Source: a virus (taxonomy: Duplodnaviria > Heunggongvirae > Uroviricota > Caudoviricetes). From it: a stretch of 16,507 nucleotides of DNA. This document shows positions 1-6,631 of the stretch, piece by piece. Each line of letters opens with the position of its first letter. The first letter of the stretch is position 1. The stretch lies in IMG/VR virus record IMGVR_UViG_2740892442_000006; one strand, written 5' to 3'. The notes below the pieces were generated by a model. That model saw only the letters and a program-made list of their open reading frames with translations, searched no databases and had not been told where the DNA came from. Both the position numbers and the translations under genes were made by a program.

Positions 1-114
1 ACCCTATGCATCGAAGAGTATTATTCTGCTACCGGAATTTATAATTATGATGATGCTGATGAGCAAACTGAGTTACTTAAAAATGCATTAAGGGACTATA
101 AAATGGCTCACTAG
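1..114 (+). CDS. Possible 3' end of an upstream ORF that continues beyond the window start; product unknown
   Basis: Frame 1 is open from position 1 to a TAG at 112-114 (37 codons, ...LRDYKMAH*). Too short to assess further. Confidence 0.3.
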   Translation, partial: TLCIEEYYSATGIYNYDDADEQTELLKNALRDYKMAH

Positions 115-183
115 TGAAAAGAGGCTAACTTGTATTAGCTCAAACTTGATCTTACACTTTTACTGCATAGGGCTTAACCTAAG

Positions 184-218
184 CTGACAGTCCGCTCTGT
201 GCCAGAAGCGGACGTTAG
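184..218. repeat. Palindromic repeat, copy 1 (internal hairpin GTCCGCT-N10-AGCGGAC)
   Basis: Read directly: CTGACAGTCCGCTCTGTGCCAGAAGCGGACGTTAG. The 7-bp arms at 190-196 and 207-213 are exact reverse complements. An inverted copy lies at 4194-4228 and a partial direct copy at 3007-3023. Confidence 0.7.
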
Positions 219-288
219 CCATAGTGAATAATGCACAATGCAGTGACTGGATACAGATATGGGAAACTATTACTTTTAAAGTCCGACA

Positions 289-316
289 TTCTTGATTCTT
301 GATTCTTGATTCTTGA
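289..316. repeat. Tandem heptamer repeat (TTCTTGA)x4, followed by a degenerate fifth unit TTACTTA at 317-323
   Basis: Read directly: four perfect head-to-tail copies, about 120 bp upstream of the ORF at 435. Confidence 0.9.
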
Positions 317-434
317 TTACTTAATCTAAGTAACCGTGCATTTTTATCCAGCTTCAACTATCCAATGAACCAGTATGTTCTGTAACATAAAAGCAGGCTA
401 TTTAGCCACAATCAATTGATAATTAGGCACTTAT

Positions 435-1487
435 ATGAAACTAAAAAAAATGCTTGAAATGGATTTCATCAAGGAGTTTCAAGAGCACCTAGAAACTGAC
501 TTTGAGCATGAACTCTTACATGCCAGTCTTCGCAACTATTGTTCTCATGGTAATCCTCTGCGCTTCAACAACTTTGCATTTGCAATACGTGAGCTAATAA
601 ATCATGTGCTGAAACGACTGGCACCAAATGACAGAGTTATGGCGTCTCCATGGTTCACTAAAAACAAAAATAACGCCACTGTTACCCGTAAACAGCAAGC
701 AAAATACATCGCCCAGAAGCATATACCCGATCAACTTCTTGATGATGTAGCTATCGAAAGACTAGATGATGGTATAGCATGGTTCAATAAAAACTATTCT
801 TCTTTAAACGATTACACCCATATTAGCGAACATTCATTTGATAGTAACCCCAAACAGTTTTTTGAGAGTGCTAAACTAATAATAGAACTGTGTAACATAA
901 TATTCGATACCTTCGATGAACTTGAGCGTGTTATTACCGAATCAATAATCGAGGAAGTACAGAATGAAGTTACTGACATCACAATGAATAATATCCCTGA
1001 CGAACTGGATATATTATCTTCACAAACAACTGTTGATTGGTGCAATGTTGAATCCATTGAGTTGCTGAACCTTGACGAAAATTATATTTATCTTTTGGTG
1101 CGCGGAATAGTTGAAATTACTAGGCAATACGGGCGTGGTGAGGATTACTTTGCACAGCAAGATTCTTATCCCTTCAAGTTTGCAGTCTCTATTCGCACTG
1201 ATAATTTCAATTTAATAGCACCATTACTTAACACTGTAGTAGTGGATACAGGCTCATGGTATGACGATGGCGAAGGATCTGCTCATTATGACACAATTTA
1301 TACAACCTCCAGATTTTTGGAGATGATCTCACATATAAAAATTAAACCAAAAACAAAGAGAAGATTGTTTCCTGAGCTTAGTACAGTAGTAACACTAGGG
1401 ATTCATGAAAGTGAAGGTATATCAGAATCGGTCGTCCCAGAAATATGTCATCTAAATCAAGGAAGCTTCAATTTAACTGAATTTTAG
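435..1487 (+). CDS. Hypothetical protein (cargo ORF A, 350 aa); no family recognised; contains an R-x4-H motif (RNYCSH, residues 33-38)
   Basis: Long ORF with an ATG start and a weak AGG upstream; first gene of a co-directional cluster in the AT-rich island. No ATPase or other catalytic signature recognised. Confidence 0.75.
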   Translation: MKLKKMLEMDFIKEFQEHLETDFEHELLHASLRNYCSHGNPLRFNNFAFAIRELINHVLKRLAPNDRVMASPWFTKNKNNATVTRKQQAKYIAQKHIPDQLLDDVAIERLDDGIAWFNKNYSSLNDYTHISEHSFDSNPKQFFESAKLIIELCNIIFDTFDELERVITESIIEEVQNEVTDITMNNIPDELDILSSQTTVDWCNVESIELLNLDENYIYLLVRGIVEITRQYGRGEDYFAQQDSYPFKFAVSIRTDNFNLIAPLLNTVVVDTGSWYDDGEGSAHYDTIYTTSRFLEMISHIKIKPKTKRRLFPELSTVVTLGIHESEGISESVVPEICHLNQGSFNLTEF

Positions 1488-1503
1488 GATTATCTATGGA
1501 GAG

Positions 1504-2442
1504 ATGAAAATGTCTAATAAGATCTATAGCCTACAAAGAATGCCTACTGAAGCATTTAAGATATTTGCAATGTCATTGCCACATGGGCCTAATTATGGTA
1601 ATGCGGAATTACTTTCCGCTTGGTCAAATGAAAAAGGGCTTGGATATGGTGCAGTCCTTCAATACAGCAAAAATTCATATGGCCTTGTTGTGCTCAGGCG
1701 ACGGGAAGATTATGTGCTGGTACCTCTCGAGCATGAGATGTGTTTTACCGAGCAGGAGGCATTGGTGCATCTTGATAAGCACCTTTCAGCCGGAGGAGAT
1801 TTATTACCGATTCCATCTGGGCAATCACGTAGAGCCCGACTGGATCATGTTGGTGAGCGGAATGTTTGTCAGGCATTTATACAATTATCGTCCACGATAA
1901 AGTACCGAGGAGCATTTCATTTAATTGTCGAGCTCTATCTGGCATTACCAAAACCTGATGATAACTTCAGAACCGATCTCCAGACCCAAGGATTCAACTC
2001 TAGAATCTGGGAGCTATACCTTTTCGCATGTTTTAAAGAGCAGGGAATTAAAGTTTTTCAAGATTATCCATCTCCGGATTTTATGCTCATGAACGGTAAT
2101 AACAAAGCATATGTTGAGGCGGTCACCGCGAATCCAACTGGTCCGGGCAGCCTAAAGTTGCCTCAAACACAATTCCCCCCCGGAGATCGATTAGCTCGCA
2201 CAGCAGGTGATATGGCAGCACGGTTCGCTAAGACCATCAGATCTAAACTCCAGAGAAAGTATGAAGAACTACCGCATGTTAAAGGATTTCCATTTGCAAT
2301 CGCTATAGCGGATTTTAGCGGTGGGGGCACTATGGTCTGGTCTCGCGAGTCACTTCCAACCTATTTGTATGGGCAAACCGCACATACAGTCAAAACATCC
2401 AAAGGTATGAAGCTGCTGCATTATCAATTGAAAAGCTTTTAG
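1504..2442 (+). CDS. Hypothetical protein (cargo ORF B, 312 aa); family unknown
   Basis: ATG at 1504 preceded by GGAGAG at 1496-1501, 16 bp after the ORF A stop. The downstream frame-0 ORF overlaps its 3' end, so B and C may be one gene split by a frameshift. Confidence 0.75.
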   Translation: MKMSNKIYSLQRMPTEAFKIFAMSLPHGPNYGNAELLSAWSNEKGLGYGAVLQYSKNSYGLVVLRRREDYVLVPLEHEMCFTEQEALVHLDKHLSAGGDLLPIPSGQSRRARLDHVGERNVCQAFIQLSSTIKYRGAFHLIVELYLALPKPDDNFRTDLQTQGFNSRIWELYLFACFKEQGIKVFQDYPSPDFMLMNGNNKAYVEAVTANPTGPGSLKLPQTQFPPGDRLARTAGDMAARFAKTIRSKLQRKYEELPHVKGFPFAIAIADFSGGGTMVWSRESLPTYLYGQTAHTVKTSKGMKLLHYQLKSF

Positions 2443-2504
2443 GCCATGTAAATATTCCGGCAGGACTATTTAACCACCCAGAGATTGAAAATTTATCTGC
2501 TATC

Positions 2505-2903
2505 TTGTTTAGTAATGCTGGAACATTGCCAAAATTCCAGCGAATGGCAATCCAAGCTGAATTTTCCTCACCTATTGTGAAAGCCCGCAGGGTTGGGATT
2601 TTATTTGATAGGACTGAAGGGGCCTTGGAACCAATTGACTTCGATCTAGATATTCAATCGCCTGAATATATTAATCTTTGCGATGGCAAAGAATTTTGGT
2701 GTTTTGAACTTGAAGTATTTCATAACCCTAATGCTGCTTATCCAATGTCCCATGATTTCCTGCCGGGGGCAACACATTGGTTTGAACACAATGGAGAGAT
2801 CATCTGTGAGACCCAATGGAAAAACCAGGTACTTGCATCAGTAACCGAGTTTAGTATTGTTCCAGATGTCGCCGATAAACTCAAAGCCAAGGAAAAGCCG
2901 TGA
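2505..2903 (+). CDS. Hypothetical protein (cargo ORF C, 132 aa as listed); possibly the C-terminal continuation of ORF B
   Basis: The frame is open from 2319 and reads like protein (...YEAAALSIEKLLGHVNIPAGLFNHPEIENLSAILF...), but has no ATG/GTG/TTG before the TTG at 2505 and no convincing Shine-Dalgarno before 2505 or the ATG at 2544. Confidence 0.5.
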   Translation: MFSNAGTLPKFQRMAIQAEFSSPIVKARRVGILFDRTEGALEPIDFDLDIQSPEYINLCDGKEFWCFELEVFHNPNAAYPMSHDFLPGATHWFEHNGEIICETQWKNQVLASVTEFSIVPDVADKLKAKEKP

Positions 2904-3006
2904 TTGCTTGATGCAAGCATATTCTTGAAAGAAGAAAATTGACAAGATTTAAAACTAATAATGAAGGGGGGAATGTTACGAGGTTGTCAGGGCTGCAACA
3001 GCAGCC

Positions 3007-3023
3007 CTGTGTCAGAAGCGGAC
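3007..3023. repeat. Partial direct copy of the palindromic repeat (CTGTGTCAGAAGCGGAC), just after an 8-bp-stem hairpin at 2988-3009
   Basis: 16 of 17 bases match copy 1 at 197-213. Hairpin CAGGGCTG-caacag-CAGCCCTG read directly. Sits between ORF C and the ORF at 3080. Confidence 0.6.
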
Positions 3024-3079
3024 ATTTTAAGCATTCGAGTGTAAGGTCTGTTTTTTAATTTGTAATTTTAGGAGGTAAC

Positions 3080-4033
3080 ATGCCAAAGAAAAGACGGTCT
3101 ATTAGCCAGGTAAAAGAAGACATTTCAATCAGGGTTCTGCGGGAAAAACTACCTCGCGAATGGGTCGTACATAGCTATGGCGCTGACTATGGTATTGATT
3201 GCGTTGTTGAATTATTTGATTTTATTGATGACAGTGAAAGTATTGCAGAAACCCTTGGTGAAAACTTCTTTGTACAACTAAAATCTTCAGATTGTATTGA
3301 ATATTGTACACGTAAAGCCTATGCTCGTGGAAATGTAACCAAAGGAAAGTTAACAGAAGATAAAAGCGATTTTGTCGAAATCCCTGTCGCAAAATTCAAG
3401 TTAGATATATCAGACATTTTGACTGTTCAGTCTATAGGTATTGCAATTCCAGTATTATTGATACTAGTTGACACTAATACAGAAAAGGCATTTTTTATTT
3501 GCCTTAATGATTACATAGATAAAGTTCTCATACCAGAAGACCCGAATTATTCTAAAAAAGACTCAAAGACTATATATATACCTCTTGAAAATGAAATTCT
3601 GGATGATGAAGATGCGCTTGTTCCATTACGTGCATATGGTAAAAGATCAAAAATGTATGGCGCATTCTCACTTTTTAACTATCAATTAAAAGAAATAAAC
3701 CGATTACAAGGTAAAGCGGCCGTACAATTTCCTGTCTCTTTCGATGAAGCTATAGAGATGGTAAATAACTTTATTGTAATTGCTCTTAGACAAGATATAT
3801 GGTCTGGTCATGAATTTTGGAAGCCGATGGTATCGAGCCAAAAGGAGTTGATCCAACTTCAAATAGATATTGATAAAGAGGTAAAACCTGAACATTATGA
3901 ACATTTTTTGAGTTACTGTTCCGAAGTGGTTTGGCATAAGTTAACAAATCTTTCAAATATGTATGAGGAGCTTGTTAGAGAATGGTTCATGCCAACCTTG
4001 CTAGCGACATTAACATCAGCCCGCCCTAAATAA
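3080..4033 (+). CDS. Hypothetical protein (cargo ORF D, 317 aa) with an N-terminal PD-(D/E)xK-like nuclease-fold motif candidate (DUF4365-like by recollection)
   Basis: Strong RBS AGGAGGT at 3068-3074, six nt before the ATG. N-terminal motifs in order: DYGID, VVELFDF, FVQLKSS, consistent with a D...E...QxK restriction-endonuclease-like core. Family assignment is from memory, not a search. Confidence 0.8.
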   Translation: MPKKRRSISQVKEDISIRVLREKLPREWVVHSYGADYGIDCVVELFDFIDDSESIAETLGENFFVQLKSSDCIEYCTRKAYARGNVTKGKLTEDKSDFVEIPVAKFKLDISDILTVQSIGIAIPVLLILVDTNTEKAFFICLNDYIDKVLIPEDPNYSKKDSKTIYIPLENEILDDEDALVPLRAYGKRSKMYGAFSLFNYQLKEINRLQGKAAVQFPVSFDEAIEMVNNFIVIALRQDIWSGHEFWKPMVSSQKELIQLQIDIDKEVKPEHYEHFLSYCSEVVWHKLTNLSNMYEELVREWFMPTLLATLTSARPK

Positions 4034-4193
4034 TAATAGCAATGCTACGCAAAAGCATCCTAGCCCTAAATTCTTAAATAAGGGCTTCATATCAAATTGA
4101 AGCCTTTGTGAACAATAGAAACAACACTAAAAGACACCCCTATCACATTTAGTTGAATAGAAAAATAATAATGCGCCCACGACGATACAATTA

Positions 4194-4228
4194 CTAACGT
4201 CCGCTCCTCGCTCAAAGCAGACTGTCAG
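4194..4228. repeat. Palindromic repeat, copy 3, inverted relative to copy 1
   Basis: The reverse complement of 4194-4228 matches 184-218 at about 30 of 35 positions, by hand alignment. A further ACTGTCAG motif lies at 4253-4260. Confidence 0.65.
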
Positions 4229-4293
4229 ATTTGATTGCATTTTGCCTACGCAAACTGTCAGTTCGAGCCTGAGCTAATACAGCTAACTGGATG

Positions 4294-5397
4294 TTAGCCT
4301 TTTTTAATTTTATTTTTAGATTGTTCAATGTGATGATTTAACACTTCTCTCTTTGCCTCTTCATAGGTTAGCTCTCCATTGATTACCTTATTTTTTATTT
4401 CATTAAAAAATGAGGAGCCTTTGGGATCTTTACTTGATAAAAAAAGACTGGCTTCAGCTCTCCGAAAAGCTTCTTTCCTTGCTTCTATAGAAAATGAATT
4501 AGCAGGGTTATTTTTGTTCATAAGTTGAAGTGCCTTATTATTTATATTCGGGATGTTTTTATCTACAAGAGTTAGTCTTAACTCCGAGAATTTATTTCCT
4601 GATATTTTATAACACTGATTTTCATTTTTTTCAATATAAAGAGATTTGCTTTCTGCGCTACCACATGTCGTAGATGTTCTTGCATCAAGAAAAATAAACT
4701 TTTCTTGAAATCTTTCAATATATTTCATTGCTGTCATGCTAATAATAAAAAGAGCAACTGACACAGCAAAAAGGGATAAGCCTGATACTAAACGATTAAA
4801 ATTAAATTTCCTTTTAATAACTAATGAACTGGCTAGATTGACCATGTTATAGGGGACCATAATTATGAGTCCTATTAATATTATTTTTTCAGGAAGATTG
4901 TTCACTTGTATATGATGTTGAGCCAAGTTTCCAATATATACTGAAATCATAGAGGATATTACTATTTTTGCTGGGGATACATCTCGCAAAAATATGTATA
5001 TATAGACTGTAGTTGCACAAATCATTGCTCCTATTGGAAATGAGAGCATGAAAGCATAAGCTAATGTTGAGTAATTAAGATTTTCTGGGGCTATACCATA
5101 AGCTATGTCAAGCTTAAACTTTGCGATCCATAAGCATACTGAATATGTAAAGCCAGTTACGCCCCACTTAACCACTGTATTATTAAATACTTTATTTAAT
5201 AAATCACGATATCCTATGTATACACTGGTTAATAAAGCTATAGATGATAGAAAAATTGGAGCGGCAATGTATATATTTTCTAGCCATAATGGGTTTTCTA
5301 CAATCAAGTATCCAAAAGGTATTAAGTATATTATAGCCAATAGTTGAGGGTTGTTTAATTTGGATGATGCGTCAACCAAATTATTTTTATATTCCAT
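4294..5397 (-). CDS. Multi-pass inner-membrane protein (about seven hydrophobic segments in the N-terminal ~225 aa, then a ~140-aa charged soluble C-terminal domain); function unknown
   Basis: 367-aa ORF with AGGA about 7 nt upstream of the ATG. Starts 9 bp after the stop of the integrase at 5407-6480, on the same strand. Very AT-rich. Confidence 0.8.
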   Translation of the reverse strand: MEYKNNLVDASSKLNNPQLLAIIYLIPFGYLIVENPLWLENIYIAAPIFLSSIALLTSVYIGYRDLLNKVFNNTVVKWGVTGFTYSVCLWIAKFKLDIAYGIAPENLNYSTLAYAFMLSFPIGAMICATTVYIYIFLRDVSPAKIVISSMISVYIGNLAQHHIQVNNLPEKIILIGLIIMVPYNMVNLASSLVIKRKFNFNRLVSGLSLFAVSVALFIISMTAMKYIERFQEKFIFLDARTSTTCGSAESKSLYIEKNENQCYKISGNKFSELRLTLVDKNIPNINNKALQLMNKNNPANSFSIEARKEAFRRAEASLFLSSKDPKGSSFFNEIKNKVINGELTYEEAKREVLNHHIEQSKNKIKKG

Positions 5398-5406
5398 ATA
5401 ACGTCC

Positions 5407-6480
5407 TTATTTCAACTTTAACGCCAAATCTTCAGCTTTTGGATGATAATACCGCATTAGCATTCTTGGATCTTTATGTCCTGTAATTTTGGTCAGTTCA
5501 TGCATAGGGAAAATTTCAGCAAGTCGAGAAGTTGCTTCATGTCGAAGGTCATGAAATCTTAAATCTTTAAGGAATGATTCATCACATAATGAGTTTGTTT
5601 TCTCGTATCGTTCTCTGGCTCGTTTTACAGCTCGGTCAAAAGCTCGGGTAATCGCGTCTGCACGCATATCAAAAACCTTATCAGCAGCTGGCTTAGAATG
5701 TTCCTTGAGACTGGACAGTATCGTGATGGCTTTCGTTGATAAAGGGACATCGCGGGCATTACCATTCTTAGTATCCGGCAGATGTGCAACTCGCCGATCA
5801 AGATCGATAAAGCGCCATCGAAGATCTGCGATTTCGCTACGGCGCATGGCTGTCTCTAACGCCAGAAGAATGATTGCTGGCAATACTAATGAATGTGTTG
5901 CGGCGATGATATGTTCGATCTCGTTGGCTATTTCCTTTCCTGACGTAACACCGGTTTTCTCAGAAACTACAGGCAGCGCTTCCAGGCGTCTGGTCCTGGA
6001 GTTCTTGGGTTGAGGTTTGCGAATGGCCTCTACGGGGTTCAGCAGGCTCTCCATGCCCCATTCTTTCCGCGAAACGTTGAATACATGAGAAAGTAAGGCC
6101 AAACGCCTTAAAACGGTTGCAGGGGCATAGATTTTCAACCATTCATCTCTCAGCTTGGCGACATCGGCACTCCTGATGCTGGCCATATAGTTTTTCGCCA
6201 GCTGAGTGCCTTTTAGTATCCGCACCAATGATTGGTCTTGCACTGCCCCTTTTTTGTCGGGAACAATCTCTTTTTCATATCGCGTTAGGGCTTCATACAA
6301 TGTCGTAGATTCCGCTTCGCTGCGGCTAAGCCAAACTCCTCTCGCCATTTCTGACTCGATCATTTTGGCCCAAGCTTCTGCTTCTACTTTGGTGTTAAAG
6401 GTTTTGGTTTGAGAGGGAAAACCTCGTTTACGGATTTGAGCTTCCCATTGGTAGTTACCACGTTTGCGTATAGTCGCCAT
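5407..6480 (-). CDS. int: Tyrosine-type site-specific integrase (island integrase)
   Basis: C-terminal catalytic signature FHDLRHEATS...MRYYHP (H-x-x-R-H box and tyrosine). The ORF track starts at a TTG at 6510; the ATG at 6480 (MATIRKRGNYQWEAQIRKRG...) is the more likely start. Confidence 0.9.
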   Translation of the reverse strand: MATIRKRGNYQWEAQIRKRGFPSQTKTFNTKVEAEAWAKMIESEMARGVWLSRSEAESTTLYEALTRYEKEIVPDKKGAVQDQSLVRILKGTQLAKNYMASIRSADVAKLRDEWLKIYAPATVLRRLALLSHVFNVSRKEWGMESLLNPVEAIRKPQPKNSRTRRLEALPVVSEKTGVTSGKEIANEIEHIIAATHSLVLPAIILLALETAMRRSEIADLRWRFIDLDRRVAHLPDTKNGNARDVPLSTKAITILSSLKEHSKPAADKVFDMRADAITRAFDRAVKRARERYEKTNSLCDESFLKDLRFHDLRHEATSRLAEIFPMHELTKITGHKDPRMLMRYYHPKAEDLALKLK

Positions 6481-6568
6481 TTCTGTCTGATTCCTAACGA
6501 ACTGTGGCAATATTGTGGCAAAAAATCCATTTAAATTCGATAGGTATTGATTTTACAAGATCAATTTA

Positions 6569-6617
6569 CGCATTCGTAATGCGAAGGTCGTAGGTTCGAC
6601 TCCTATTATCGGCACCA
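6569..6617 (+). tRNA. 3'-terminal 49-nt fragment of tRNA-Thr (anticodon CGU); not a complete tRNA; likely an att-core direct-repeat copy
   Basis: Anticodon stem-loop with CGT at 6575-6577, T-arm GGTTCGACTCC, 3' acceptor strand and CCA. Matches the 3' part of enterobacterial thrW as I recall it. The upstream sequence has no 5' acceptor strand (GCCGATA) or D-arm. Confidence 0.8.
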
Positions 6618-6631
6618 TTTAAATCAATAAG

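Larger units (their letters stand above)
1..6617. mobile_element. AT-rich integrase-associated genomic island (right end at the tRNA-Thr 3' repeat; left end outside the window)
   Basis: Tyrosine integrase beside a partial tRNA copy, base composition clearly more AT-rich than the right half, and cargo of unrecognised genes. Confidence 0.6.

Noticed and set aside
172-220. Integron attC site (GCTTAAC ... GTTAGCC around an imperfect palindrome)
   Set aside because: The outer motifs only loosely fit the RYYYAAC / GTTRRRY cores, the element is shorter than typical attC sites, the flanking copies are inverted rather than direct, and neither integrase looks like an integron integrase.
289-316. CRISPR array
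   Set aside because: The repeat units are 7 bp with no spacers, and no cas genes are present.
160-357. 65-aa minus-strand ORF
   Set aside because: It runs through the palindromic repeat and the heptamer tandem repeat, so its open frame is produced by the repeats; no RBS and no coding character.
2988-3009. Rho-independent terminator after the third cargo ORF
   Set aside because: The 8-bp stem is real but no T-tract follows directly; the nearest T-run is about 40 bp downstream. More likely part of the repeat element.
4042-4103. Bidirectional terminator between the convergent fourth cargo ORF and the membrane protein gene
   Set aside because: Only short 5-6-bp stems with long loops and weak T-tracts; too weak to call from sequence alone.
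812-5347. Short ORFs inside or antisense to longer cargo genes (812-1057, 1565-1900, 2738-2920, 3704-3937, 5105-5347)
   Set aside because: Each is nested within a longer, better-supported CDS in another frame or on the opposite strand; typical AT-rich spurious frames.
6520-6617. Complete functional tRNA-Thr gene
   Set aside because: Only the 3' 49 nt are present; no 5' acceptor strand or D-arm in the preceding 50 bp.
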